Positions 8,090 to 18,643 of a stretch of DNA of 64,000 nucleotides are shown in pieces. The notes below the pieces were generated by a model. The model saw nothing but the letters and a program-made list of their open reading frames with translations, searched no databases and had not been told where the DNA came from. Position 1 is the first letter of the stretch. Each line of letters opens with the position of its first letter. The DNA is from a virus. The position numbers and the translations under genes are program-made. Where the stretch lies: positions 1 to 64,000 of IMG/VR virus record IMGVR_UViG_3300037484_000491; one strand, given 5' to 3'.

Positions 8090-10476
8090 TCAAGACTATC
8101 AAATGTCATTGTTATCAATCTATGTGGGGCAAGCACATATGTTTTTGTATTATTACCACTATACCAAAATGTATCTGTTTGGGATACTGTTGTTATATTT
8201 AGATTATAGGTTGCATTTTGATTTATTATTGTTATTACAGGGTACATTGCGCTCTTTCCTCCACCGAATTGTGTATTTATATCTGCTGCAACAGGAAAAG
8301 TTATAGTTTTTGATGCAGTTGCAGCAATTGTTAAGATATAAATTGATGATATTATTGATGATGGAGAGTAATCAATACTAAATTCATAAGGCTTAAAAGC
8401 AAATGCTTTTGAAATAGCAATTACGCCTTTACTTCCAATGGCTTCAAGTAAGTAGCCTATCTTCCCATCTCCAAGATAAGTATTTCGATATTTTGTTGTT
8501 CCTCCTTGATAGCCAATACTATTAATATATAAAGATCCGGCATCATCATTTCTTGAACTTTCATAAATATAGCAATTTTTTATTGCTACATTATTTGTAT
8601 CTGCACTTTCTGGGTCAAGACCAACTGCTGTACCTAATTCTGCTATCCCCGTTGCTGTTAATGCCCCATTTTGAGTTACTTTATATGGGGCAATTGCCCT
8701 ATTTGCATAAGTATCCCCTGCATATATTCTTACTGAAGAAGCAGCAGAACCTTCATTAGTCATCCCGGCAGTAGGCAATACTAATTTTCCTGTTAAATAA
8801 GCATTTGAAGAATACAAACCATTTCCTGAAAGTGAAGATGGATCAAAACTTGCATCTATTATTCCTGTCAAATTCCCAATTCTCAATATTTGCTTACCTG
8901 CAAAATCCCCATCAGTAACTCCTGATAACATATCAATATAAGGATTATTGTCATCAGCAGCAGTAATATAAATAATATTTTGTCTGTCTGTGTCAGAAGA
9001 ATTTCCCACTTGCACCAAATCTGCACCTTCCCAACAAATATAACCAGCACTAGATTCTTGTTTTTCTACTGCAATATGGGCATACCCCAAAATATCTGAA
9101 TGAAAAACCCGAATTACTCTGGCTTGATAATAATCAATTTCTCTACCAGTCCATTCTTGTGCTCTTACATAATCATTTGCTTGAAATTGAATTATATTAC
9201 CTACTCCTGCTGCAGATTCATCTTCATCAAAATATATCTTTTCCTCATCATCTTTAATTGACACGGAAGTAAAAGAAAAAGTACCTATTCCACAACTAAG
9301 TGTCATAGATACCCCTACGTTTGCTCCGACTACAGTATATGTTATATTGTTTGCTCCAACATTTAATATTGTATTAGATACTTCTGCATCTTCCTCATAT
9401 ATAATTAATCTGCATACACCTGTCCCCGCTATCTTTGCATGAGTTATATCTATTGTAATTTCAGTACCAGCTAATTCAAAATATTCATAATCTGCATCAA
9501 AATATGCTTGAGCTAAAGATGCAGCTGATGAAACAGCATTTGTAATTTCCAATCCACTTGATGTAAAAGAATCCCAACCAATAGGTGTCCATCTATCAAA
9601 TATGTTATTTTCTGTAATTGAATATACTTTACCGTTAGCTACAGAAACCATTATACCACCATTGATACTTGAAATTTTATTTATTTCAAGTTCATACACA
9701 CGCATCATTTTTCTTACTGTTAAATTATCAACAGTAAGTGAATAATCCGTTGTTTTATCTAATTTCCATCCTGATCCTGTAAAACCTGATACAAAAGTTT
9801 CATTTCCTTTTAAATCATCATTAAAAGTAGCAACACCAGAAACTAAGAAGGTTCCATCAACCAAAAGATTATTATCACCTGCATCACTTGTACCTCCTAT
9901 ATGTAAACCTCCAGTAGGTCCTATTGTCATTGCTGATACATCATATGGATTTGTTACACTTAGGCGAAATCTTATGCTTCCTCCGATTCCCGCCTGGTCA
10001 ATATAAGAAACAGATCCTGCACGATTAAATACTAAACTATTTACTGCAAGCTTAGTATAATAAGCATCAGCTTGCATACCAATTTGTAACACACCGTTAA
10101 AAAGATTTAGTGCACTTTCTGGTGAACTTGTATTAATCCCCACATATCCACTGGTAGGTTGTAATAAAACATAACTAGTTGTTTTGGTAGCACTTGAAGT
10201 TCCTTCAATAGTAATATCTCCATTTAATGCAGAACTACCATAAATTAACGGCGAAGTAATTTGTGTTATAAATACAGGGGAATCTATTGGTGCAAATCCT
10301 ATATGTCCGGCAGAAGCATAATCAAGTTGAGTTAAAGCCGAATGAGCTGTTATTCCCACACTACCTCCACTGATAGCCGCAGAACCTCCCCCACCTCCTC
10401 CTAAAGTAAAAGAACTCCCTGTTTGTTTGTCTCTACGAACAGGTAGTATTGATCTTTCTGTAATAACTATATTCAT
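8068..10476 (-). CDS. tail fibre / receptor-binding protein candidate (802 aa)
   Basis: Large ORF, second downstream of the tape measure. Gly-rich N-terminus (GGGGGGS), beta-rich composition, SD-like AGAGGAG upstream. Confidence 0.45.
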   Translation of the reverse strand: MNIVITERSILPVRRDKQTGSSFTLGGGGGGSAAISGGSVGITAHSALTQLDYASAGHIGFAPIDSPVFITQITSPLIYGSSALNGDITIEGTSSATKTTSYVLLQPTSGYVGINTSSPESALNLFNGVLQIGMQADAYYTKLAVNSLVFNRAGSVSYIDQAGIGGSIRFRLSVTNPYDVSAMTIGPTGGLHIGGTSDAGDNNLLVDGTFLVSGVATFNDDLKGNETFVSGFTGSGWKLDKTTDYSLTVDNLTVRKMMRVYELEINKISSINGGIMVSVANGKVYSITENNIFDRWTPIGWDSFTSSGLEITNAVSSAASLAQAYFDADYEYFELAGTEITIDITHAKIAGTGVCRLIIYEEDAEVSNTILNVGANNITYTVVGANVGVSMTLSCGIGTFSFTSVSIKDDEEKIYFDEDESAAGVGNIIQFQANDYVRAQEWTGREIDYYQARVIRVFHSDILGYAHIAVEKQESSAGYICWEGADLVQVGNSSDTDRQNIIYITAADDNNPYIDMLSGVTDGDFAGKQILRIGNLTGIIDASFDPSSLSGNGLYSSNAYLTGKLVLPTAGMTNEGSAASSVRIYAGDTYANRAIAPYKVTQNGALTATGIAELGTAVGLDPESADTNNVAIKNCYIYESSRNDDAGSLYINSIGYQGGTTKYRNTYLGDGKIGYLLEAIGSKGVIAISKAFAFKPYEFSIDYSPSSIISSIYILTIAATASKTITFPVAADINTQFGGGKSAMYPVITIINQNATYNLNITTVSQTDTFWYSGNNTKTYVLAPHRLITMTFDSLEWYLLES

Positions 10477-12608
10477 ACAATAACTCCTCTTGTATCTGTT
10501 AATTCTATCATTTCTACTTTCATACTTTCCTCTCTATCCTGATATGTTCCCGAAACAATATAAAATGCTTTTGTTCCCATGTGTCCACTATCTTTTATCA
10601 AATAAAAATTAATATCTGCTATGTAATCTTTTACATTTAATTGTCCGGTTAATTTAAAACGTTGTTCAGCATATTGTCCCATTAAAGATTGTAATAATAA
10701 TTTATTAGTAGTATATTCCACAGAATCTGCTCTTGATAATCCTGTAACAACTGCTCCGGCAATAGGGGCTTCATTACTTACAAAAGCACCTTTAGCTACA
10801 CCATTTGATCGAAAATTAAAAGATCCAATTCCATTTTTTAACTGTATGTCTAATTTCGATTTTTTCATACTTGTTGCTGAAGAAATAACAGCATTTGATA
10901 ATACACCATCATTTGTTATAGGATTTTTCTTTAAATCAACGATTTGTACATTTACATTTTTTATTAAAATATTTAATATATTATTATCTTCTCCTTCTGG
11001 ATAAACATCAGTAAAAGACATTTCTTTTGGAATAATTACAGAAATAGAACCATTTAATAAACCACCTCCATCAACAACAGAAGATGCAATTGGAATTCTT
11101 AATATTGCAGAAGCCCAAGTATCATTTATAATACTGGCATCTATTGGAGCATAATATTTTGGTTTTGCTGTCCACCATCTATTATATGTGTAGTATCCTT
11201 CAATTCTTTCTAAATCATACTGACGAACAATTAATTTACAATAAGCAATGGTATCTTGCCACTTTTGATAAATCCAATTATACCAATAACCTCCTATTTT
11301 TATTTGAATATTAGCAAAATCAACCTCTTGAATTAAAGTACTTAGTTCCGCAGGATCAAATATGTTACTTTCATGTCTTGTATTTACAAATATATCCATA
11401 GATAATTCTAACATTAAATTATCATCTTGTTGAATATTAGAAAAAGGAAAAATATATGCGAATGTTCCTGTTCCTCCTGTTTGTTGTCGAATAACATAAT
11501 CAACTGCTATTACATCAGGATCCATTTCTTCAAATCCTTCAAAATAAGGAGTGCCGGATATTGTCCAATCTAACATTGTAATATCTATATGTACTCTGTA
11601 AGTTACTCCATTATTTGTATATTCTCCATAAGTTCCTGTATTACCAGCATTTCCTTCTTCATTAAAATCATACCCTCTTTCTGTAAAATTATATGGATCA
11701 TAAGTAATATCAATATAATTAAAAGATAAAATTATATCACGAACCTGCCCTGTTTGATACCAAGAAATAAAACCATCTGTAATATCTAAATATCCTCCAA
11801 ATCCTGTTATAGATTCATTAGAACCAAATATAGGATGTGTGTCATATTCTTTAGCATCTAACTCACTTAAATGTAAATGAATAGGATCAATTACATAAAT
11901 AATTAATCCTTTTAATGATACTATTAAACCTAAACCTCTAAATATAGATTCTAAAACTTCTCTACAAGACATTGCTAAGCCTTCTTCATCATAATAATTT
12001 TCATTATTCACAGATAAACATGTAAATAAATTAGTATGTCCATCATATTCCAAATCTGTAGCAGTTCTTATAGTAAGAAATTCTAATTCAAGTTTATCAA
12101 ATATGTTTTTCATCACGGCTCCAACAGTAGAATATCCTATATAATCAGATCCTCCTACTGTTTGTGTATATGGTAAATCTTCCAATAAAATCATCCCATC
12201 ATTACAATAAATTGTAATTGGTGATCTTAATGATATTGGAGTACTATAACTTTGCGTATAAATCCCGGTATTAACAAATCCTTGCCAAACTAAATTATTT
12301 GCTTCACTACTATCCTCATCATTTCCATTATATATTTTTACCATGAATTTTTGTGGATCTGTGGTAAACAAATCTTCAAGAGATAAAGGAGTAGCCATTA
12401 TCTTTATTGTTGCCCCTGAACCAATAGTAGGTTTATAAATATTGTTTACATCCCCTTCAAAAGATATTTCCAATGGATCTTCAGCAGCAAGTAAATGAGT
12501 AATCCCTCCTGACGAATCTTCTATATAATCTTTTTCAAGAATATTTATAGTAGTTTGGCCACCACTTTTGCGATAATATGATATTTGATAATGAATTGAA
12601 TATGCCAT
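10473..12608 (-). CDS. distal tail / baseplate-type structural protein (711 aa)
   Basis: Position immediately after the tape measure; 4-nt overlap with the next gene. Confidence 0.4.
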   Translation of the reverse strand: MAYSIHYQISYYRKSGGQTTINILEKDYIEDSSGGITHLLAAEDPLEISFEGDVNNIYKPTIGSGATIKIMATPLSLEDLFTTDPQKFMVKIYNGNDEDSSEANNLVWQGFVNTGIYTQSYSTPISLRSPITIYCNDGMILLEDLPYTQTVGGSDYIGYSTVGAVMKNIFDKLELEFLTIRTATDLEYDGHTNLFTCLSVNNENYYDEEGLAMSCREVLESIFRGLGLIVSLKGLIIYVIDPIHLHLSELDAKEYDTHPIFGSNESITGFGGYLDITDGFISWYQTGQVRDIILSFNYIDITYDPYNFTERGYDFNEEGNAGNTGTYGEYTNNGVTYRVHIDITMLDWTISGTPYFEGFEEMDPDVIAVDYVIRQQTGGTGTFAYIFPFSNIQQDDNLMLELSMDIFVNTRHESNIFDPAELSTLIQEVDFANIQIKIGGYWYNWIYQKWQDTIAYCKLIVRQYDLERIEGYYTYNRWWTAKPKYYAPIDASIINDTWASAILRIPIASSVVDGGGLLNGSISVIIPKEMSFTDVYPEGEDNNILNILIKNVNVQIVDLKKNPITNDGVLSNAVISSATSMKKSKLDIQLKNGIGSFNFRSNGVAKGAFVSNEAPIAGAVVTGLSRADSVEYTTNKLLLQSLMGQYAEQRFKLTGQLNVKDYIADINFYLIKDSGHMGTKAFYIVSGTYQDREESMKVEMIELTDTRGVIV

Positions 12609-12610
12609 TT

Positions 12611-15600
12611 TTAGCTATATGAACTTACTTTTCTACTATGATTTTTAAAAACCCCCACGAGTTCAGTTCCTTCAATATGAAAAACTACATCTTTTAATTG
12701 ATCTGATATACTATTTTGTCTTCCAATATTACTTAATTTATTTGGAGGAGTTACAGTTTCCCCTGATGTAAGCAATGCTGGATAAGTGTCATTTGGATAA
12801 CCTGATGGAACAATCCCTCCTTCTTTCATCTTTTGCCCTGCAATAATTGCTATCTGGGCAGCAGTAGATGCAGCAGCAACTCCTATTCCTACCCATGTAG
12901 CAGGATTTAATACAGACATCGGGACATTAGCAATTAAATTAGTAACAGCCAAAGCCCCATTAATAAGAGCCTGAGCAATCGCCCAAGCCTTTTGCTTCTG
13001 CATATATTCTCTTTCAATCTTCTCTCTTCTTTTTGCATTATTTCCAGCTGCAGATAATTCCTTTTGTTTGCTTGCTTCAATCAAAGCACTAATACTATTT
13101 ATAGCTTCTGATGCAGAATTTAAATAAGATTGAATATCATTTAAATTTAATCTATTAACTTCTTTATTATACCTGTAAATAATTAATGCTGTATCTTTAC
13201 CTATCTTTTTGGCTGCTGCAATATCCATTTTATATTTAGCATCAAGATATGCTCTTTCCGACATTAATTTTTCTTCAAGAGGAGGTTCACCTACATCTTT
13301 CTGCCAACCACCTGTCCCTGGAGTTTCAAAAGGCAACCCCATGCCAAATCCTTTTCCTACACCTACTTTAGCATTTGCAGCATTACGTGAAGCTTTGAAA
13401 GCATTGAAACTGGTTGCAGCTTGTTGTCCTTTTTCCATGGCTGCTTGTAATTGTTCCAAAATAAGAAATTCCTTTTTTACAGTCTGTACAGCAGGACCAG
13501 TACTTTCAAAACTTTTAATAACATTTTCTGTCCAAGCATCCCCTATTACTTTTGCTAATTTTGTGAATTTATCAACTTCTGCAACATCTATATTTAATTG
13601 ATTCTTCCAACGCATCGGAAAATCTAATACACGTAAAGCTTTTCTTCTTTCCCCTGCTGTTTGTTTATTCCCACCAGTAGTCCCCATTATTTCTTTAACT
13701 TTTACAGCATTATCATATTCTTTTTGGCTTATCCCTGCTTCTTGAAGGTGATATGCAAGTCTTTGTTTTGCATTTATTAAACTATCATCAGCCCATTGTT
13801 TCCATTTTGCAGAACCCTCTAATCCTTTTCCTGCAAAGTCTGCAACAGTCATATCAGTTAATCTTTTTAAAGTTCCTTCAACTGTTGCGAGAGTTTTGTT
13901 ATATGCTGTATTCCCTTCAGCGGCTTTAACTGCTGCATTATGTTGATCTGAAAACCATCCTATTAATTTTACTAACCCTACTCCCACAGCAACCCAAGGT
14001 AAGGCTCGTAAAGCAAAACCAAGTCTCATAAAACTTTTTGATGCTCCTTCTACAACAAGAGCAGAAGACATAATACTTTTTGCTAATTTATCATACACTA
14101 AAATAAGTGGCCCTGCAATATATCCGATTAAACTAAGTGCAAGTGATAAAGGACCAAGTGCTGCAATAATGGCTAAAATTCCTAATGTTAATTTTTTACC
14201 TGATTCATTTAATGAATCAAACCATTTTATAAGACTTGTCAACCAACCAATTAGTTTTTCTAAAATAGGAATTACTGCCATGGCAACAACTGTCCCAAAA
14301 TCTCTTAAAGAATTTTTCCCATCTTCTATTGCCTTGTTCCATCGCATTTCCATTGTTGTTGACATTTCTACAAGATGCTTTTGGAAATCTCCTGTTGCTT
14401 TTTTTACTTCATTTGTGTTATCTTTTAATCTCTGTAATCCTGCTCCTATGTAGTTTAATGCTCCAAGCAAAGATCGCATTTCAGGAAAAATAGAATCCAT
14501 AGTCACCCCATATTTCTCCGTAGTAATTCCTAACAATTCCATTGTTTTAATAAAACCATCCGGGGATTTGAGTAATTTATGTATTTGCTCCATTGAAATA
14601 CCCATACTATCCATAGCATCTACTACTTCTGGGGTAGGATTAAGTAATTTCATTAATACATTTCGGAAATAAGTTGCAGAAGTTGCTGTTGAGTTTGTAA
14701 TCAATGTCATGGTGGCTAAAGCACCACTCATATCTTCTACTGTCAATCCTAATTTTTCTGCTATTGGAAGTATTGTGCCAAGTGCAGTTACCATTTCTGC
14801 CGGTTCTGCTTTTCCTACTCTGATCGTTGCAGTAAGAACATCCATCATTTTTGTTACGGTTAATCCTGAATCTGCATAAGCGTTCATGGCAGAAGTGAGC
14901 AATTTTGCAAGATCACTAATTTCTCCCATACCACTTGCAGCACCTTTAGCCGCCATTTCTGTTACTTTCAAAACATTTGCTCCCTTTATACCAGAAGAAG
15001 CAACGTAATAATATGCCTCTGCTATTTTTTGTGCCCCAACTCCTGTCTCCTTTGATATTTTGTTTGCTTCTTCCCCTATTTTTGCCAAACTATCTTTTGC
15101 AACTCCGGCTAACCCAATCATTTTTTTAAGAGTAAACTCAAAATCCATACCCATCTTAATTGTACTTTTTGCTATCATTACCATTGGTAAAGTCACCATT
15201 GCAGAAGATAAATAACCAAAAGTTCTTAATTTTTGTGAAATTGTACTCAAACGAGTTACAAAATTACCAACCGCAGCATTGTTTACAGCAGTTATTTTTG
15301 CAGTATTGACTTCTGCTATTTTTGTTCTTTTTATGTCTTCTGTAATAGCCTGACTGTGCATTTTATTAAATGTCATAATTCGCTTTGTGGCAGCATCTGC
15401 TTCTGCATAAGCTTCTTTTATTCTGTTTGCATTGCAAATTTGTGTTCTTTTATTATCCATTGCAATAGCCTGATTGTGCATTTTATTAAAAAGTGCTGTT
15501 TGTTTTGCAGTTTCTCTTGCAACAACTATTGTTTGATTGATTGCATCTTTTGCTATCATTGGAGAAACATTATAAGCAGTTGCCACACCACGCACACCAG

Positions 15601-15949
15601 CAGCACCAGCCAAACTATTGTTTATAGCAGATTGAGAAATAGCAGATGTTCCCTTTGTTACAACAGATGCTTTAGTAGCAACATTAGCAGCAACCACAGC
15701 ACTTGTGTATTGCGTAGTTGCTACTGTTGCTACTTTAGCTGCATTTGCTGTTGCAGTAAACCCTGCTACTGTTTTATTTCGCATATCAAGAGCAGCCCCC
15801 GTCACTCCTGCCATAGATGCTTCCATTCTTTCTAAAGTAGAATCTATCTTATTTATCAAAGTAATCATCGTTCTTTCAAAATGAGTCATACTATTGATAG
15901 CTCCTTGAGAATCTACCCCTAACATCACAGTAAGTTGCCCTATAGTCAT
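12611..15949 (-). CDS. tail tape measure protein
   Basis: 1112 aa, Ala/Lys-rich and helical, with internal TM-like segments. The core GVGAQKIAEAYYYVASSGIKGANVLKVTEMAAKGAASGMGEISDLAKLLTSAMNAYA is typical of TP901-type TMP cores. Preceded by the chaperone pair. Confidence 0.85.
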   Translation of the reverse strand: MTIGQLTVMLGVDSQGAINSMTHFERTMITLINKIDSTLERMEASMAGVTGAALDMRNKTVAGFTATANAAKVATVATTQYTSAVVAANVATKASVVTKGTSAISQSAINNSLAGAAGVRGVATAYNVSPMIAKDAINQTIVVARETAKQTALFNKMHNQAIAMDNKRTQICNANRIKEAYAEADAATKRIMTFNKMHSQAITEDIKRTKIAEVNTAKITAVNNAAVGNFVTRLSTISQKLRTFGYLSSAMVTLPMVMIAKSTIKMGMDFEFTLKKMIGLAGVAKDSLAKIGEEANKISKETGVGAQKIAEAYYYVASSGIKGANVLKVTEMAAKGAASGMGEISDLAKLLTSAMNAYADSGLTVTKMMDVLTATIRVGKAEPAEMVTALGTILPIAEKLGLTVEDMSGALATMTLITNSTATSATYFRNVLMKLLNPTPEVVDAMDSMGISMEQIHKLLKSPDGFIKTMELLGITTEKYGVTMDSIFPEMRSLLGALNYIGAGLQRLKDNTNEVKKATGDFQKHLVEMSTTMEMRWNKAIEDGKNSLRDFGTVVAMAVIPILEKLIGWLTSLIKWFDSLNESGKKLTLGILAIIAALGPLSLALSLIGYIAGPLILVYDKLAKSIMSSALVVEGASKSFMRLGFALRALPWVAVGVGLVKLIGWFSDQHNAAVKAAEGNTAYNKTLATVEGTLKRLTDMTVADFAGKGLEGSAKWKQWADDSLINAKQRLAYHLQEAGISQKEYDNAVKVKEIMGTTGGNKQTAGERRKALRVLDFPMRWKNQLNIDVAEVDKFTKLAKVIGDAWTENVIKSFESTGPAVQTVKKEFLILEQLQAAMEKGQQAATSFNAFKASRNAANAKVGVGKGFGMGLPFETPGTGGWQKDVGEPPLEEKLMSERAYLDAKYKMDIAAAKKIGKDTALIIYRYNKEVNRLNLNDIQSYLNSASEAINSISALIEASKQKELSAAGNNAKRREKIEREYMQKQKAWAIAQALINGALAVTNLIANVPMSVLNPATWVGIGVAAASTAAQIAIIAGQKMKEGGIVPSGYPNDTYPALLTSGETVTPPNKLSNIGRQNSISDQLKDVVFHIEGTELVGVFKNHSRKVSSYS

Positions 15950-16362
15950 TGTTTCTTATTTATTTTCTTCGTTGGAGGACTATTCCTCACTGCTACTTTC
16001 TTATTCTGACTCTTTGCAATTCCAAGTAATATGTTTTTCATTTCTTCAACACTTTGCTTTTTAGGTTCCAATTCACATCTTTCTCCACCCCAATCAACCA
16101 TAAAATCTAATGGTGTAGTTACTTTTGGTGTACTTCCTTTCTTTGCATACAGTTGTTGAACTATATTGGTAATTAAACTTTCAAGTTTCGCCCCTCTAAA
16201 ATCTTCTCTCCAAGAACCTATTGGATCAATTCTGTCGTATGCTTCCCATTCACTAATCTGCTTTGAAGTAAGTTGATCTAATAAGTAATCCGGATGAACT
16301 ATTCCTAATTCTTTGCAGAGTCGGAACTGGAATTGTCTTCCGGTTCTGCACTTGAGTTTTTT
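15946..16362 (-). CDS. -1 frame extension giving a gpGT-like fusion chaperone (joined to 16363-16745 by ribosomal frameshift)
   Basis: By hand translation the -1 frame is open from the slippery site to TGA 15946-15948 (...LKCRTGRQFQFRLCKELGIVHPDYLLDQLTSKQISEWEAYDRIDPIG...NSPPTKKINKKQ*). Its stop overlaps the TMP ATG (ATGA). Confidence 0.7.
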   Translation of the reverse strand, partial: KKLKCRTGRQFQFRLCKELGIVHPDYLLDQLTSKQISEWEAYDRIDPIGSWREDFRGAKLESLITNIVQQLYAKKGSTPKVTTPLDFMVDWGGERCELEPKKQSVEEMKNILLGIAKSQNKKVAVRNSPPTKKINKKQ

Positions 16363-16745
16363 ACAAGAGCTTCCTTATCCTCTTCCGAAATAGCATTGAG
16401 TTTTTGAGCTGCATTAACAATTATTTCTAATCGTTTTGCACTCATATTTTGACTTAACAATGAATAGTCATCAGGTAAAAATAATGCTTTTCCTTCCTCA
16501 TCACATACTGTGACAACAGCAAGTTTGGCACGAAAATCCCCAAGTGCCCTATCGTAACTCACAACCTCCCCTTTTGCATTTTTCTTTTCTTTAATAAGGG
16601 ACTGTTCAAAATTGTCCCTCTCACGTCCTGTCATCTGTCTTACAAAGACAAATTCACCTTTTCCAAGGTCAACTTTAACTTTTTCAAGTTCTTCTTTTTG
16701 CAATAATAAATTTCTACTTAATGATTTTTCTTCCTTTTTTTCCAT
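16305..16745 (-). CDS. tail assembly chaperone (gpG-like, zero-frame product)
   Basis: 146-aa acidic protein between the major tail protein and the tape measure; contains the slippery heptamer near its 3' end. Confidence 0.7.
   Translation of the reverse strand: MEKKEEKSLSRNLLLQKEELEKVKVDLGKGEFVFVRQMTGRERDNFEQSLIKEKKNAKGEVVSYDRALGDFRAKLAVVTVCDEEGKALFLPDDYSLLSQNMSAKRLEIIVNAAQKLNAISEEDKEALVKNSSAEPEDNSSSDSAKN
16356..16362 (-). promoter_or_regulatory. programmed -1 frameshift slippery heptamer A_AAA_AAC
   Basis: Minus strand reads GTA AAA AAC in the zero frame (X_XXY_YYZ phasing is correct). Confidence 0.65.
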
Positions 16746-16805
16746 TTGATTATGTATTTTTAATTTGTTAGTAATAAAAATTCTTGATTAGAATTTCAAA
16801 TAATT

Positions 16806-17237
16806 TTATACTGCTGATCCTGATCCTGAATTAACAACTACCTGTCCACTGATCTGGATCGTAACATCCGCTGTGATCTTGTCATCAGCCGGAATAGTTA
16901 AGGGTAATTCAGTTACCAAACCTTCAAACTCTAATGAAGTGTTTTCATCATCCGGTAAATAAATTTCGTAATTCTGCAAATTATCACTCTCAAAATCTGC
17001 CTTCATATCGTCATAAGTATCACGAGTGAAGTTCATTGCAAGAGTAATAGTCCCGGCATTGCGAAACCCTGTTATGAATTCACGATAACCACCTGTACTA
17101 TCAAGAGAAGTCACATCAATAGTGTCCCTTGACATCCCTGGCCCTGTTATCGAATTAATTTCGGCAATGTCAACCCAATCTGAGCCGTTCCATCTCCGAA
17201 ATTTTGTCCCTACACCTGCTACGGCATTGCTTGCCAT
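16806..17237 (-). CDS. major tail (tube) protein
   Basis: 143 aa. GTKFRRWNGSDWVDIAEINSITGPGMSRDTIDVTSLDSTGGYREFITGFRNAGTITLAMNF is typical of the TP901/phi13-type tail tube family. Strong SD (AAGGAGG). Confidence 0.7.
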   Translation of the reverse strand: MASNAVAGVGTKFRRWNGSDWVDIAEINSITGPGMSRDTIDVTSLDSTGGYREFITGFRNAGTITLAMNFTRDTYDDMKADFESDNLQNYEIYLPDDENTSLEFEGLVTELPLTIPADDKITADVTIQISGQVVVNSGSGSAV

Positions 17238-17252
17238 TTTTTACCTCCTTTT

Positions 17253-17663
17253 TTACAAAATTCTTCGTTGAATTAAAAAATTACATACTAATCTGCAATT
17301 CCCGTTATCATCCCAATCAAGCAAAGCGGGGCCACTTGAGCAGTAGATAACACTATATAAAGTCCCATTAACAGTTTGTTGTGACAAACCATGTAATAAG
17401 TTCTTTATCCTTTCTATAAGATTCCATCCGGTAGTATATTTTGTATTCCTGACTCTTACCTGGATAGAAGGTCTTTCATATCCCTGATTTGCCAATCCTA
17501 AATCTGCGGCAAATCCAGGGGTATCAAATATCGTTACACAATTTATTGGCAAAGCAGGTTCTTTATTAGTAAATAAATTAGTAGCATATACCAAATCATC
17601 AAATCCTGAGGATTCCCCTGCTTCTTCTAATATCTGTACCACATCTTTACTTGAAGCGTTCAT
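17253..17663 (-). CDS. tail completion / tail terminator-type protein
   Basis: Size and position between the neck genes and the tube gene. Confidence 0.4.
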   Translation of the reverse strand: MNASSKDVVQILEEAGESSGFDDLVYATNLFTNKEPALPINCVTIFDTPGFAADLGLANQGYERPSIQVRVRNTKYTTGWNLIERIKNLLHGLSQQTVNGTLYSVIYCSSGPALLDWDDNGNCRLVCNFLIQRRIL

Positions 17664-17666
17664 ACC

Positions 17667-18236
17667 TTATCCTTTTATTTGTGCATCATCTTTTACAATC
17701 TGAACTATCTTTGCTATATTTTTATAAATTGCAGACTGCAACCATTTTGCACCTGCACCTTCTCTTCTTCTTGCTTTTCCTCTTCTTTTTTCAGGATTAA
17801 AATTTGCACCTATCATTTCATGTACGAATCCTGAATAAGGAGCAGAATACCCCATCATTAAAAACTTCTTTGTAGCTGTGCTTTGACTTGATACTATTGC
17901 TTGTGCCTCTGCCACTGTCTTTGAATGATTAGAAGCCATTTCTGCTGCATCATCTGCTGTAAACCCCGGTGAACCCCCTCCTTTTGCAACTCGTGTTGGT
18001 GTCACCACGAACCAACTTGCTCTCATATTCCCTGTATCTACAGGAGTTAATGGAGCCTCACTTTCAGTTTTTTTATAAATAAAAGCTGCTGCTTTAATCA
18101 ACCCCGCCATACTTCTTGTTTTAATCCCTTCTAACTGCTTATTAAGATTAGTCATTACAATTTCTTCACCTTTCACCCCCCAGGTAAACCCCCTCATATA
18201 ATCTGTACCACGACTTGTTCCCGGATGTTTTCCCAT
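17667..18236 (-). CDS. HK97 gp10-like neck/tail-component protein
   Basis: Position, plus NLNKQLEGIKTRSMAGLIKAAAFIYKKTESEAPLTPVDTGNMRASWF resembles the HK97 gp10 family. Confidence 0.5.
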   Translation of the reverse strand: MGKHPGTSRGTDYMRGFTWGVKGEEIVMTNLNKQLEGIKTRSMAGLIKAAAFIYKKTESEAPLTPVDTGNMRASWFVVTPTRVAKGGGSPGFTADDAAEMASNHSKTVAEAQAIVSSQSTATKKFLMMGYSAPYSGFVHEMIGANFNPEKRRGKARRREGAGAKWLQSAIYKNIAKIVQIVKDDAQIKG

Positions 18237-18238
18237 TT

Positions 18239-18643
18239 TTAAAATCCTCCAAATGATAAACTCGGTGTTAAATATGCTTTTCTTAAAAACTCTGTTCCCT
18301 GTAAATTAGGTGTTTTCTGAAACCTTTTTATAAAGTACGTTCCGGGAATTGTTTTTGGATCATTTACCCCACCCCCACTACTTTCTGTTGCATAATTATC
18401 ATATAAACTTTCTAAAGTCCCTAAATACAACATTCCTTCTTCATCCACATCTTGTGTAAGAAATACAACTGCTCTTGAAGTAATTGCATTTCCTTTTGAA
18501 TCAGTCGTCAACTGGGTCATTTCCTCCCACCTGCAATCCAACTCAATGGAATCATCAAAAGTGAACCCTCCTTCTCCATCGTTTGCCGGGGAGGGCCAGT
18601 AAACACATTTTTGATTACATTTACTTGCTATGAATGTTTCCAT
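18239..18643 (-). CDS. head closure / head-tail adaptor protein
   Basis: Gene order (connector, closure, gp10-like, terminator, tube); 134 aa. Confidence 0.4.
   Translation of the reverse strand: METFIASKCNQKCVYWPSPANDGEGGFTFDDSIELDCRWEEMTQLTTDSKGNAITSRAVVFLTQDVDEEGMLYLGTLESLYDNYATESSGGGVNDPKTIPGTYFIKRFQKTPNLQGTEFLRKAYLTPSLSFGGF

Noticed and set aside
15356-15500. Internal duplication in the tape measure (FNKMHNQAIAMDNKRTQI / FNKMHSQAITEDIKRTKI)
   Set aside because: It is real but ordinary. Tape measure proteins commonly contain tandem internal duplications related to length determination.
13209-15835. Antisense ORFs 13209-13601, 14169-14453 and 15356-15835 inside the tape-measure gene
   Set aside because: They are nested in a 1112-aa gene with strong family features. 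Their Cys/Ser/Phe-rich low-complexity translations are typical of antisense Ala/Lys-rich coding sequence.
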